A stretch of DNA of 64,000 bases from a bacterium (GCA_023267635.1 JAHFMX010000002.1:21307-85306), one strand, 5' to 3'. Shown: positions 49,467 to 59,863, numbered from the stretch's first letter. Made by a program: numbers and translations. The notes: generated from the letters alone by a model not told the origin.

Positions 49467-49572
49467 GTGCTGAGGCATCAAGTAGGTTTTAGGATCAACG
49501 TCCTCCGTACGCGCTGACACTCCATTACCGTGGAATACAAGAAGCGATGTATGTGATCTACCGCCTTAGCAC
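49467..49572 (+). ncRNA. Candidate structured ncRNA (6S-like rod?)
   Basis: Terminal stem GTGCTGAGGC/GCCTTAGCAC, inner GTAGGT/ATCTAC, upstream promoter-like TTGTGC-17-TAGTAT. Confidence 0.45.
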
Positions 49573-49636
49573 CTAACACCCCTTTTGATAGGCCCTGGTC
49601 TATCAAAAAAGCGGCCACACGTGGTCGCTTTTTTCT

Positions 49637-51625
49637 TTACTTAACTCCAAGCTCCTTAAGAAATGCTTTGTCTGATGGTTTGCGTCCGAGGAAGTTTGTA
49701 ATTAATTTCATTTCATCTTCTGATGAACCTTTCTCCAAAACTTCTTTTCTCCATCGCAATCCAACTTTTTCATTAGACAAACCCTCCTTTTCAAATTCTG
49801 AAAATGCGTCCTGTGCATAGACGAGTGCCCACAGGTATGAATAATACCCTGCATCATATCCAACAAGATGTCCAAATCCTGCCGCAAATAATGTTTCTTT
49901 TTGTGGGAGCTCAATACCGATATACATTTTTACCATAGCTCTCCATGCTTCATTTACATCTTTAATTTTACCCATATGAAGATCCATATCAATCTTTCCG
50001 AAAAGAACCTGACGCATAAAATGATATGCATTTTGAAACTTCTTTCCTGCAAGGATTTTTGCTCGCATTTCTTTAGACAATGATTTTCCAGTTTTCACAT
50101 GAGAAGAAAGCTTCTTTAGCATTTCATCATTCCATACCCAGTTTTCCATAATCTGTGATGGTGTTTCAACGAAATCCCATGCAACGTTTGAGCCGCCCTG
50201 AGACTCATGTCGAGAGGTCGATAGCGTCATATGAAGACCATGACCAAATTCATGGAACAATGTTTCCACTTCACGAATAGAAAGAAGCGAAGGACTCTTC
50301 TTTGAAGGGGCTGGGAAGTTACACACAATTCCTGTAATAGGCACTGTAAAGATTCCACTATTAAACCCTTCTTCGTGAGCAATAGCAGTATCGACGCACA
50401 TAGCGTGACCATACTTCCCTGTTCGTGGAAACAAATCAAAGAACATGTACCCGATAAGAGAGTTGTCTTTATTCTGCACCTCGTAGACGGTCACATCCTT
50501 ATGCCATGTCTTTATATCTTTTTGTACAAACTTAATTCCAAACAATTTACCGAAATGCTTAAGCATTTGTTCCATAACAAAACTAAGTGGAAAATGCTCC
50601 CGAATAACTTCTGGATCAGTTTCATACAGTTTCTTTTCCAAACTATTTCCAACATATGCAACATCGTAGTGTTCCAATGTTTCAATGCCAAGCGTTTTTG
50701 CATGAGCGCGAATTTCATCAATATCTTTTTTTGCAGGAACAATGAGTTTTTTAAGAAGGTCATTCTGAAACTTTTCAGCAACTTCACCTTTCTTAGCCAT
50801 TCTGTTTTCTGTTCTAAAATCTGCATGATGCGCGTATCCAAGAATTTTTGAAATCTCAGCTCTAATAGCAACAAGCTCATTAATAATTGTAAGGTTTTTC
50901 TTTCCACCCTTTTGTAGGTTCTTCTTAGCAAGTTCTTCACGTTTCTCTCGATTATGAGCAAACTGCATAAAAGGCCCAACGTGCGGATATTGCAGCGTAA
51001 CCATATACTTACCTGATTTCTCGTCCTTGGGAAGTGATTCAATAAATCGAACAGAGACCCCTTCTAACTCTTCCGCTGTACAAAGAATATAGTCACTATA
51101 GTCAGTGATATTTTTCCTAAACTGTTCACCAAGCTTTGAAGATTTTTTGAGTAATACTTTTAATCTTTTCTGAGCAGTTGCAGGCAAATCAAATCCCATG
51201 CGGCGGTATTCTCGAATAGTATCCTCAAGAAGTTTAATATCCTCTTTCTTTAAATTCTTTTTCTCGTCTCTGAAATTTCCTTCGTAGTACTCTACGAGCG
51301 AAATATAGAGATCACGGTCATATTCAATATCAACCATTTGAGATGAAATCTCAATGAGTGTTTTAGATACTGCAGTTCGAACTTCTTCTTTAGGGGAAAC
51401 CTCACCGAGAAGTGCTGCCTTTCTTAACAATTCTCCATGTGGACCTTCTGAACGCTCAAGTGCATACAGAGTGTTTTCATATGTTCTATGTTCTGGAAGA
51501 ATTTCTTTTATTTTTTTGTATACAGCTTTTTTATAGATAACAGCTTCAATTCCAGCTTTCTCTATTTGCTTCGGAGTTAATTTATGCCAATCAAAATCTT
51601 TCTGTGTATAAGGAGTTCTTTTCAT
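49637..51625 (-). CDS. M3 family oligopeptidase
   Basis: DLFPRTGK, LFHEFGH, DFVETPSQ, GYYSYLW. Confidence 0.92.
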   Translation of the reverse strand: MKRTPYTQKDFDWHKLTPKQIEKAGIEAVIYKKAVYKKIKEILPEHRTYENTLYALERSEGPHGELLRKAALLGEVSPKEEVRTAVSKTLIEISSQMVDIEYDRDLYISLVEYYEGNFRDEKKNLKKEDIKLLEDTIREYRRMGFDLPATAQKRLKVLLKKSSKLGEQFRKNITDYSDYILCTAEELEGVSVRFIESLPKDEKSGKYMVTLQYPHVGPFMQFAHNREKREELAKKNLQKGGKKNLTIINELVAIRAEISKILGYAHHADFRTENRMAKKGEVAEKFQNDLLKKLIVPAKKDIDEIRAHAKTLGIETLEHYDVAYVGNSLEKKLYETDPEVIREHFPLSFVMEQMLKHFGKLFGIKFVQKDIKTWHKDVTVYEVQNKDNSLIGYMFFDLFPRTGKYGHAMCVDTAIAHEEGFNSGIFTVPITGIVCNFPAPSKKSPSLLSIREVETLFHEFGHGLHMTLSTSRHESQGGSNVAWDFVETPSQIMENWVWNDEMLKKLSSHVKTGKSLSKEMRAKILAGKKFQNAYHFMRQVLFGKIDMDLHMGKIKDVNEAWRAMVKMYIGIELPQKETLFAAGFGHLVGYDAGYYSYLWALVYAQDAFSEFEKEGLSNEKVGLRWRKEVLEKGSSEDEMKLITNFLGRKPSDKAFLKELGVK

Positions 51626-51631
51626 ATTTTT

Positions 51632-52168
51632 CTATTTTAGCATATTCCTATACACATGACATTTTGGATCATGTGAACCAGGGAGTAGACTAATACTCAT
51701 TAAAAATTCCCCGACAATTTCCCCTCCTACAAATTTGAATTGTTTCTTAAAAAGTTTCAACCATGCGGCCTTATCCTGTTTCAACTCTTTTGCCTGCATG
51801 TCCAACCACACTCTAAAACTTCCATACTCTTTTTGAATCTGTAAAATTTGTTGTGCATTATGGATGGCCGCATTAATCTTCAGACGATTACGAATAATAG
51901 AAGCGTCTGCCATAAGACGTTCAAAATCTTTTTCGCTATACCCTGCAATTTTTTTAATACTAAAATGATGATATGCCTTTCGGAATCCTTGCTCCTTCAT
52001 AAGAATGGTTCGCCATGAAAGTCCTGCTTGGTTTATCTCCATCACTAAACGACAAAAAAGTTCGTTATCATCTTCTATTCGTATCCCATAGTGATTATCG
52101 TGATACTTTTTATCAACGTTTGCTATATCGGTAAGTGTGGACACATATACACAATAAGGATGAGTCAT
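51632..52168 (-). CDS. tag: DNA-3-methyladenine glycosylase I
   Basis: YHD...G, EINQAGLSW, IIRNRLKI, FKFVG, H...C. Confidence 0.9.
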   Translation of the reverse strand: MTHPYCVYVSTLTDIANVDKKYHDNHYGIRIEDDNELFCRLVMEINQAGLSWRTILMKEQGFRKAYHHFSIKKIAGYSEKDFERLMADASIIRNRLKINAAIHNAQQILQIQKEYGSFRVWLDMQAKELKQDKAAWLKLFKKQFKFVGGEIVGEFLMSISLLPGSHDPKCHVYRNMLK

Positions 52169-52172
52169 ATAC

Positions 52173-52643
52173 TTACACAACCTTAACTTCTTGCTCAGCA
52201 ATAACGTCCCCCTCCGCAAAAACAAATCTTGCTTCTACATGATTTCCTTCTAGCACTTTCGGTAACCAGAAAATATCATCAGGCCACATAGTTTCATAGG
52301 GAATAGAATCCACTGTAAACCATTCTGGCTTCATTTCTTCTGTTTCTAGAATATCTCCCTCCCACACAGAAGCAATATATACATGAACCAACTGATTCCA
52401 TTCTTCTTTATGAGGAAACTCAAATGTAAGCTCTGCATATTTTTCTACAGTATCAACAGTAACCCCGATCTCCTCTTTGGTCTCTCGTTTAACAGCATCT
52501 AGAATACTTTCTCCCTGTTCCACTTTTCCACCAGTTCCGTTATAACGCCCCACGCCAAAGCCTCGCTTCTTCATAGCTAAACAAATCTCAGTAATTACAC
52601 CGTTATCTTTTTTAACCAAAAATAAAAGGGTTGTATCTCTCAT
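52173..52643 (-). CDS. NUDIX hydrolase (8-oxo-dGTPase, MTH1-like)
   Basis: KKRGFG, GGKVEQGE...RETKEE, MWPDD..WL. Confidence 0.88.
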   Translation of the reverse strand: MRDTTLLFLVKKDNGVITEICLAMKKRGFGVGRYNGTGGKVEQGESILDAVKRETKEEIGVTVDTVEKYAELTFEFPHKEEWNQLVHVYIASVWEGDILETEEMKPEWFTVDSIPYETMWPDDIFWLPKVLEGNHVEARFVFAEGDVIAEQEVKVV

Positions 52644-52682
52644 ATAATAAGAGTATATCTAAAAATAAAAACTCATGCGCTA

Positions 52683-53153
52683 CTAAACTCCCAAAATAGA
52701 ATACACTGCAATTCCAAAGGCAATAGTTACATTCAAGGATTCTTTCGTCCCTTTCATAGGAATTTCTGCAATAACATCACATATGCCTAGGACATCTTTA
52801 GTAACACCGTCCACTTCAGATCCAATAACAAAAGCAATGTTTTCTTTTCCTTGCACATCTACAGATTTATAATCTATTGAGGTTTCACTCTGCTCTATTG
52901 CGATAGTGTAAAATTCTTCCTTATGTAAACCCCTTAAAGCTTCTACAGTTGATTCCACGTATTCCCACGCAACCGTATCCTCAGCCCCGAGTGCGACTTT
53001 CGCAAAATCTTTTCTTCGTAAACCTTTCTTGTCCAAAGGTGTAGGAGTTATGCCGCACAAAATAATCTTTTCAATCCCTACTGCATTTGCAGTACGAAAA
53101 ATAGAACCCACATTGTAGACACTTCTAATATTATCGAGTACAACAATTTTCAT
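52683..53153 (-). CDS. SpoU/TrmH family RNA methyltransferase
   Basis: LDNIRSVYNVGSIFRT, GSEVDG, IPM.G.KESLNV. Confidence 0.9.
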   Translation of the reverse strand: MKIVVLDNIRSVYNVGSIFRTANAVGIEKIILCGITPTPLDKKGLRRKDFAKVALGAEDTVAWEYVESTVEALRGLHKEEFYTIAIEQSETSIDYKSVDVQGKENIAFVIGSEVDGVTKDVLGICDVIAEIPMKGTKESLNVTIAFGIAVYSILGV

Positions 53154-53178
53154 GCCCTCATCCTACCACGTGATCACA

Positions 53179-53976
53179 CTATGCGCGCAATTTCCACCCT
53201 GTTGTAAAAATCCAAACACAGACACTTAGAGCAAGAAGCGAAAGAGTGCCTAAAACTCCCACACCGAGAAGGAGAGATGCTTCGTGATAGCCAGTTAACG
53301 CATAACGAATTCCATCAACCACATAGAATATTGGATTGAAGTGAACAATAAACTGCCACTTCTCTGGAAGCATGGTAATTGAATAAAACGCGCCTCCTAA
53401 GAATGACAGTGGTGTAAGAATAAAGTTTGTTACAAAACCAAATTTTTCAAAATTATTATCAGCCCAAATTCCTGCAATAACACCGAGCAGTCCAAAGAGT
53501 ACGCTCGCAAGTAACACATATCCCGCAAGAACAAGTGGATGCGCTAAATCATTTACCCCAAAAGCTACAGCAACCAATGAAAGCGCAAGGGTGATTGCAA
53601 TAGCTCGAGCGACACCACCGAAGATAAGGGAGATAACTAACTCAGCATATGAAAGTGGAAGCGTTAACATATCTTCAATAGTCTTTTGGAATTTCATAAA
53701 GAAAATTGAAAATGATGTCGCAGAAAAAACTGCCATTACAAGATTCATAGCGAAAATACCAGGAAACACGAAACTGATATATTGTATTCCTTGAATGAGC
53801 TCAATCTTACTACCAATAACATACCCGAACACAAAAATATATAGAGATGCTGTTATAACTGGCGTTATAATTGCCTGACCTATCACTCGCTTTGTTCGCC
53901 CAACTTCACGACGAACGAGCGTATAAAATCCTGCCCAATTAAATGCGGCTATATTTGGTTGAATGTTTTTTTTCAT
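53179..53976 (-). CDS. ABC-2 type transporter permease (YadH-like)
   Basis: Multi-TM, FLGGAFYS, NPIFYVVDGIRY. Confidence 0.88.
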   Translation of the reverse strand: MKKNIQPNIAAFNWAGFYTLVRREVGRTKRVIGQAIITPVITASLYIFVFGYVIGSKIELIQGIQYISFVFPGIFAMNLVMAVFSATSFSIFFMKFQKTIEDMLTLPLSYAELVISLIFGGVARAIAITLALSLVAVAFGVNDLAHPLVLAGYVLLASVLFGLLGVIAGIWADNNFEKFGFVTNFILTPLSFLGGAFYSITMLPEKWQFIVHFNPIFYVVDGIRYALTGYHEASLLLGVGVLGTLSLLALSVCVWIFTTGWKLRA

Positions 53977-53981
53977 ATGTA

Positions 53982-54716
53982 TTAAGCGACGTGTCCTACA
54001 ACTTCTAAGTAGACCTTTTCCAAACTCTTGTCTTCGGTTAATTTCTTAACACTATCATCCATAAGAATCATTCCGTCCTTAATGATAGCCACACGTTCAC
54101 AGAGCGCTTCAACTTCTTCTAGATAGTGAGAGGTTAACAATATTGTTTTTCCGCCAGCATGAAGCTCACGGAGAAACTTCCATAGCGCGTGACGTGTTTC
54201 AACATCAACCCCTGCTGTCGGTTCATCCAAAATAAGAACATCGGGATTATGCATCATTGCCTTAGCAAGTGTTGCTCGGCGTTTAAGCCCTCCTGAAAGG
54301 AACTGAAACTTCTTATCTCGGTGAGGCACAAGATCAAACTTGTTTAGCATTTCTTCCCGACGCTCTTTCATGTCAGATCCAATGATTCCAAAAAAACCTG
54401 CTTGATAATCGAGAATTTCATCAACAGTTTGAAATGCGTCGATATTAAATTCCTGAGGAGAGAGTCCGACGCTTGCTCGTGCTGCTCGATAGTCAGTGAC
54501 CACGTCATGCCCCATCATAGTAATAGTACCTTCTGTTGGGCTTGATATTCCCGTGATACAACTAATGGTTGTCGTCTTTCCAGCGCCGTTTGGACCGAGC
54601 AATCCAAAGAATTGACCCTTTGGAATTTCTAGAGTAATACCGTGGAGAATTTCTTTATCCCCTTTCTTATCTTTATATGTCTTCTTAAGATTTTCTATAG
54701 CAATGGCGTTTTTCAT
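53982..54716 (-). CDS. ABC transporter ATP-binding protein (YadG-like)
   Basis: GPNGAGKTT, LSGGLKRR, LDEPTAGVD. Confidence 0.92.
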   Translation of the reverse strand: MKNAIAIENLKKTYKDKKGDKEILHGITLEIPKGQFFGLLGPNGAGKTTTISCITGISSPTEGTITMMGHDVVTDYRAARASVGLSPQEFNIDAFQTVDEILDYQAGFFGIIGSDMKERREEMLNKFDLVPHRDKKFQFLSGGLKRRATLAKAMMHNPDVLILDEPTAGVDVETRHALWKFLRELHAGGKTILLTSHYLEEVEALCERVAIIKDGMILMDDSVKKLTEDKSLEKVYLEVVGHVA

Positions 54717-54750
54717 AATGATAGTTAGTATGCTAAGTATAACATATTAT

Positions 54751-54831
54751 GCGGAGGCGGAATATTGTCGTACCTCGTACTCGTATTCTGCACTACGCAA
54801 AATCTGGTCGTGAATACACTCGCGATTTTTG
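54751..54831 (-). repeat. tRNA-Ser 3'-linked structured repeat, copy C
   Basis: Similar to 12926-13006. Confidence 0.75.
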
Positions 54832-55117
54832 CGGAGGCGGAGAGATTCGAACTCTCGAAACCCTTTCGGGTTTGCCACCTTTCTCCGACACAAAGTAAAA
54901 GGATTGTTTTTAAAGCGGAGAGTGAGGGATTTGAACCCTCGAACAGGTTACCCCGTTGCTACCTTTCCAAGGTAGTGCACTAGACCACTATGCGAACCCT
55001 CCGCTTTAAAAACAAACAATACTCTACTTTGTACTGGACTGCGGCTTTAAACAAGTTGGTTACAACTTAATAAAGTCGGGAGCAATGTGGCGCACCAAAC
55101 TACTATCCGACGCTTCC
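54832..55117 (-). pseudogene. Degenerate tRNA-Ser split in the anticodon loop by a 199-bp insert (halves about 55083-55117 and 54832-54883)
   Basis: Halves join to an 87-nt Ser-type cloverleaf; mismatches in acceptor, D-loop and anticodon stem. Confidence 0.7.
54916..55002 (-). tRNA. tRNA-Ser(GGA), nested inside the split tRNA
   Basis: GGAGGGT/ACTCTCC, CTACC-TTGGAAA-GGTAG, long variable arm. Confidence 0.92.
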
Positions 55118-55129
55118 GTATGTATTTAT

Positions 55130-55345
55130 TTACGCATTAGAAATCTTAGCATACTCATGTTTCTTTTCAACGAAGAAATAGATAATTCCTCCGATGAGAG
55201 GAACTCCTATAATCAATACTATCCACCAGTACTTATCCCCTTTTGCAGCATCCACCGCCATCCACAAGATAAAAGAGATTCCTAAAAGGCCTATGATGTT
55301 TGCAATAGCAAAGATAAGAACTCCAATAAAAATAGCAAGAGACAT
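55130..55345 (-). CDS. Small membrane protein (PLDc N-terminal-like)
   Basis: WMAVDAA...WWIVLII.VPLIGGIIYFF. Confidence 0.7.
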   Translation of the reverse strand: MSLAIFIGVLIFAIANIIGLLGISFILWMAVDAAKGDKYWWIVLIIGVPLIGGIIYFFVEKKHEYAKISNA

Positions 55346-55382
55346 AGTAAAAAATAATTAATGTATACCTAGTAGTATATCA

Positions 55383-56303
55383 CTAAGCATTTTTACGTCC
55401 GATAAGCTTTTCGATACGTTCAGCAACGGGAGGGTGTGTCATAAACATTTTTGTAATCCAAGAAACCTTCTCGTGTTCACGTAATTCAGATTCATCATTA
55501 ACTCCAGATGGATCGGAAATAAAAAGGTGAGCAATGGCGTTATGTTGTACGCGCATTGGCTGATGAAAGTTTGCAATCTTCTGAAGCGCAGAAGCTAATC
55601 CTTCTGGATAACGTGTAATGAGTGCTCCTGTTGCATCCGCTAAGAATTCTCGTTCACGAGAAATCGCAAGCTTGATAATCGTTGCTGCAATCGGAGCTAA
55701 AATAATTGCAAAAATACCAAGCACTAAAAAGATTGGATTTTTCTTATCATCTCCCCCTCCTCCAAACATTGAAGCTCGAAGAGCAAAGTCTGCAACGAAG
55801 GAGATAAGCCCAGCAAATACTACTACTACCGTACTCACCAACATGTCTCTGTTCCCTATGTGAGAAAGCTCATGCGCGAGCACTCCTTCAAGTTCCGATT
55901 TATTAAGAAGTGGAAGAAGCCCTGTCGTAACTGCAACAACTGCTTTTTCTTTATTGCGCCCTGTAGCAAAAGCGTTTGGTGCAGGATCATCGATAACATA
56001 GAGTGCAGGCATTGGAAGTCCCGCTGTTATACAAAGATTCTCCATAGTGTTCCAAAATTCTGGGTACTGATCTTTAGATTCGATACGGGTGGCATTAGCC
56101 ATCGAAAGAACTAGCTTATCTGAAAACCAATACGCTGAAATATTAAGGAAGATACTAATGAAGATGGCAATGTAGAGCAAGTTCGGATTTCCATACAAGA
56201 ACGAAAGCGTAAATCCAATGATAATAATAAAGAGCAGGAATCCTGTTAAGAGAAACCATGTCTTTCTAATATTTGACGCCTGATGGGAATAGAGAGTAGC
56301 CAT
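55383..56303 (-). CDS. htpX: Zinc metalloprotease HtpX (M48)
   Basis: PNAFATGR, AHELSH, SREREFLAD, THPP. Confidence 0.93.
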   Translation of the reverse strand: MATLYSHQASNIRKTWFLLTGFLLFIIIIGFTLSFLYGNPNLLYIAIFISIFLNISAYWFSDKLVLSMANATRIESKDQYPEFWNTMENLCITAGLPMPALYVIDDPAPNAFATGRNKEKAVVAVTTGLLPLLNKSELEGVLAHELSHIGNRDMLVSTVVVVFAGLISFVADFALRASMFGGGGDDKKNPIFLVLGIFAIILAPIAATIIKLAISREREFLADATGALITRYPEGLASALQKIANFHQPMRVQHNAIAHLFISDPSGVNDESELREHEKVSWITKMFMTHPPVAERIEKLIGRKNA

Positions 56304-56358
56304 AATAGGTAGAGATAACCAATAAACTAGTATCTGTAACTACTAGAATAGTTGGTGT

Positions 56359-56919
56359 TTAGAACTTTACTTCAACAGGATTGCGTGCAGACTGATCATC
56401 AGCTCCAAGTTCAAAGAATTCAGATTCTTGGAAACTAAACATCTTAGCAAAGATATTTGTAGGAACTGTCTGGACCTTTGTATTGTATTCAGTAACCACT
56501 CCGTTATAGAAACGACGAGCAGCTTGAATTTTGTTTTCAGTGTCTGACAATTCATTCTGAAGAGCAATGAAATTCTGGTTTGACTTAAGGTCAGGGTAAC
56601 TTTCTGCAAGTGCAAAGAATCCAGTGAGAGCGCCACGCATGGCCATGTCAGCTTCCCCTGCCGTTGCAGGAGTATGCGCTTCCATTCCGCGACTACGAGC
56701 CTGAATAACTTTCTCAAGCGTAGAGCTTTCGAAATTTGTTGATCCCTTTACCGTATTTACAAGGTTGGGGATAAGATCAAAACGACGCTTAAACTGAACC
56801 TCAATATCTGACCAAGCTTCCTTCACACGCATGCGCGCAGTAACAAGCCCGTTATAGATAGCAATAACGATGATAACAAGAACCGCAACGATACCAATTC
56901 CAATATATAGTGGTGACAT
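56359..56919 (-). CDS. lemA: LemA family protein
   Basis: AWSDIEVQFKRRFDLIPNLV, ESYPDLKS, ARRFYN. Confidence 0.93.
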   Translation of the reverse strand: MSPLYIGIGIVAVLVIIVIAIYNGLVTARMRVKEAWSDIEVQFKRRFDLIPNLVNTVKGSTNFESSTLEKVIQARSRGMEAHTPATAGEADMAMRGALTGFFALAESYPDLKSNQNFIALQNELSDTENKIQAARRFYNGVVTEYNTKVQTVPTNIFAKMFSFQESEFFELGADDQSARNPVEVKF

Positions 56920-57100
56920 AAATCTAAAGTAAATGTCTCCTAGCGTTCGGACGTATCTGTGTTCACGTCTAGGAGGTATATTCATAGTACAAAACCTGGC
57001 GCCTATGTCAAGGAAAGAAATTTAACTCCAATACTCTAGATGTGTTGAGATTTCTTGATTTACTCTTATCATAAAAAGGTTTTTCTGGTAGTATTAAAAG

Positions 57101-58855
57101 ATGTCAACTTCAACAGATTACCTATCCGCCAAGCGCCACAGCCTAGCCCACGTGCTTCTTATGGCTGTAAAGCATCATTACCCTCACGCGCTCCCTACTA
57201 TTGGCCCTGTTATTGAAAATGGTTTCTATTATGACTTTGATTTTGGAACATCCGGAAAGCCTGGATTGGAAGATTTAGAGAAAATAGAAAAAACGATGAA
57301 AGAAATCGTATCTCAAAACCTAGCCTTTCGCCATGAAGAAGTCACAGCAGACCAAGCGCGAGGATATTTTGAAGTAAACCCTTACAAGAAGGAACTTATC
57401 GACGGACTTGAGAAAGATGGGAAAACTATTACCCTCTATTACACAGGAGATGATTTCTTTGATCTCTGTGTTGGAGGTCATACAGAGACCACGGGGGAAA
57501 TTGCTGTGGGAAGTTTCAAGTTAGATAAAATTGCTGGAGCGTATTGGCGAGGAGATGAAAAAAACGCCATGCTCACTCGTATTTATGGGCTAGCATTCGA
57601 TACACAGGAAGAACTTGATGCGTACCTTGTGCAACAAGAAGAAGCAAAGAAGCGAGATCACCGTATCATTGGGCAACAGCTTAATCTTTTTATTTTTTCT
57701 CCACTTGTTGGACCTGGACTTCCATTATGGACGCCAAGAGGAACAATCCTTCGAACAGAGATAGACAACTTTGTGCAAGAGCTGCGCAAAGAGCATAACT
57801 ATGGGCGCGTAACAGTTCCTCATTTCACTAAACCTGATCTCTACATTAAAAGTCAGCACTATGAAAAATACGGAGATGACTTATTTAAAGTAAAAACACG
57901 CGACGGACATGAGCTTTGTATAAAACCGATGAACTGTCCTCATCACGCTCAAATTTACGCAAGTCAACTTCGCTCGTATAAAGAACTCCCTATACGCTAC
58001 AGTGAAACAACTATGGTGTACCGAGATGAACAATCAGGTGAACTAAATGGACTATCACGAGTTCTTTCTATAACGCAAGACGACGCTCACATCTTCTGTC
58101 GAGAGTCACAATTAAAGGAAGAAATGAATAATGTGTGGACTCTTATAGAAAGATTCTACTCTGCCTTTGGATTTAATTCACTCACTCCACGATTCTCACG
58201 TAGAAATGATGATGTAAAGTTCAAAGGAAATATTGAATTATGGGAAAAAGCTGAAGGAGCAATACGAACTCTCCTTGATGAACGAGCGGCTGGAACATGG
58301 GTAGACGGAGAAGGAGAAGCTGCTTTCTATGGACCGAAAATAGACTTCATGGCAAAAGATGCGCTTGGTAGAAGTCATCAAGTAGGAACAATTCAACTTG
58401 ATTTCGTACAGCCAACTAACTTTGAATTAGAATATGTTTCGGAAGAAGGAAAGCGTGAGATGCCTGTAATGATACATTGTGCGATCGCAGGTTCTCTTGA
58501 AAGATTCCTATCTGTGTATATTGAACACACAGCGGGTAACTTCCCTCTCTGGCTTTCACCTACTCAGATTTCTATTGTTCCAATTGCAGAGGCACATCAT
58601 GAACATGCAAAGAATGTTCATTACGTGCTGCAAGCGGCTAATATTCGTGTAGAAGCAGATATGTCAAAGGAAGGACTTGGTAAAAAGATACGTGCAGCAC
58701 GGGAAATGAAAACTCCGTACTGGGCAGTGATTGGAGATGCTGAAGTTGCAAACGGAACCGTAACACTTGAACATCGAACAGAAGGAAAGATTGGAGAAAT
58801 AAAAATCGAAGAACTACTTTCAAAACTGACAGAAGAAATAAAGAATAAGAAATAA
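57101..58855 (+). CDS. thrS: Threonine--tRNA ligase
   Basis: RHSLAH, RDHR, KPMNCPHH, GEAAFYGPKID, GSLERF. Confidence 0.97.
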   Translation: MSTSTDYLSAKRHSLAHVLLMAVKHHYPHALPTIGPVIENGFYYDFDFGTSGKPGLEDLEKIEKTMKEIVSQNLAFRHEEVTADQARGYFEVNPYKKELIDGLEKDGKTITLYYTGDDFFDLCVGGHTETTGEIAVGSFKLDKIAGAYWRGDEKNAMLTRIYGLAFDTQEELDAYLVQQEEAKKRDHRIIGQQLNLFIFSPLVGPGLPLWTPRGTILRTEIDNFVQELRKEHNYGRVTVPHFTKPDLYIKSQHYEKYGDDLFKVKTRDGHELCIKPMNCPHHAQIYASQLRSYKELPIRYSETTMVYRDEQSGELNGLSRVLSITQDDAHIFCRESQLKEEMNNVWTLIERFYSAFGFNSLTPRFSRRNDDVKFKGNIELWEKAEGAIRTLLDERAAGTWVDGEGEAAFYGPKIDFMAKDALGRSHQVGTIQLDFVQPTNFELEYVSEEGKREMPVMIHCAIAGSLERFLSVYIEHTAGNFPLWLSPTQISIVPIAEAHHEHAKNVHYVLQAANIRVEADMSKEGLGKKIRAAREMKTPYWAVIGDAEVANGTVTLEHRTEGKIGEIKIEELLSKLTEEIKNKK

Positions 58856-58894
58856 AAAAAGCCCCCGCACGCGGGGGCTTTTTCGATACTGAAG

Positions 58895-59431
58895 TTAGGC
58901 AGAAATAAAAGCTGGAGCAATATCCTTTGACCATTCTTCAAGCTCTTTTCGAAGCTGATTAACTTCTTTGATCTCAGGTAGTTTCCCTCCCAAGATTTTA
59001 AAATGAGCTGTGTTCGAAATGTACTTTGGACGATGTGGATGTGGTGGTCGACACACAGGATACGTAGTACCTGGTTTACAACCCAACGGGATCACATCAA
59101 TCATAGTTCCTGATTCTTCATGCAGTAGCCATGAATGTGGCACTTGATTCATTACCACTGGGAGCGGCAATGAGTCATGCGTTCTTGAAATCAAGCTATG
59201 AGGCTTCCAATCTGAGTTCATTAAAGAGCCTGCAACCTCAGGCGCAACATCAACAAGGAATCCGTAGTGCGCCTGAAGTAACTTTGGAAACATCATTTCA
59301 AAGGCACTCACCAAAAGATGCACATTGAGATACTGTGGTAATGGTGATTCCCTGTGCTTCACATACAACCTATCAATGACCACCTGAACTTGCCCACATA
59401 GGACCTCACCTTTTTCAAGAACATTATTCAT
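58895..59431 (-). CDS. Hypothetical protein
   Basis: ORF with PHSWL...IDVIP; no family recognised. Confidence 0.5.
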   Translation of the reverse strand: MNNVLEKGEVLCGQVQVVIDRLYVKHRESPLPQYLNVHLLVSAFEMMFPKLLQAHYGFLVDVAPEVAGSLMNSDWKPHSLISRTHDSLPLPVVMNQVPHSWLLHEESGTMIDVIPLGCKPGTTYPVCRPPHPHRPKYISNTAHFKILGGKLPEIKEVNQLRKELEEWSKDIAPAFISA

Positions 59432-59550
59432 ACATACCTTTACAGAAAAAGTTACAACTGCCCTGATACTAATCCTTCGTATGATCACAGTCAAGCAAAA
59501 GAAAAAGCAAGCGACGAGCGCTTGCTTTGGGGACACGAGGTATCCGGTTT

Positions 59551-59763
59551 TTACAGACAGATTTTGCCCAACTGCTGTTGGCGCATGTTGATGTCTGACG
59601 GACCACCGCCCTGTTGCTGTTGCCTGCTAATGAGGCGAAGCACTGGCGGAACTTTTTCTGGCTGTTGAGGTGCTCGCCACGCTGTTTGAGGCAGACCACC
59701 ATCATTCGCAGCAACGGGTGCTGGTTTTTTTGCTTGAGCTTGAAGGCTCATAAGGAACTCCAA
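59551..59763 (-). CDS. Small Gln/Pro-rich hypothetical protein
   Basis: 70-aa ORF, TTG start. Confidence 0.3.
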   Translation of the reverse strand: MEFLMSLQAQAKKPAPVAANDGGLPQTAWRAPQQPEKVPPVLRLISRQQQQGGGPSDINMRQQQLGKICL

Positions 59764-59863
59764 TGTTTGTTTACAAGACTTACAATACTACCACATTTTT
59801 AGGTAAATGAAAAGGCCTATACATTTGCATGTGTAGGCCTTTGCTTGATTTTGATCCGTCGGA

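Noticed and set aside
54884-55082. Group I intron in tRNA
   Set aside because: Only about 110 nt remain outside the nested tRNA, and I cannot see the P3-P7 core.
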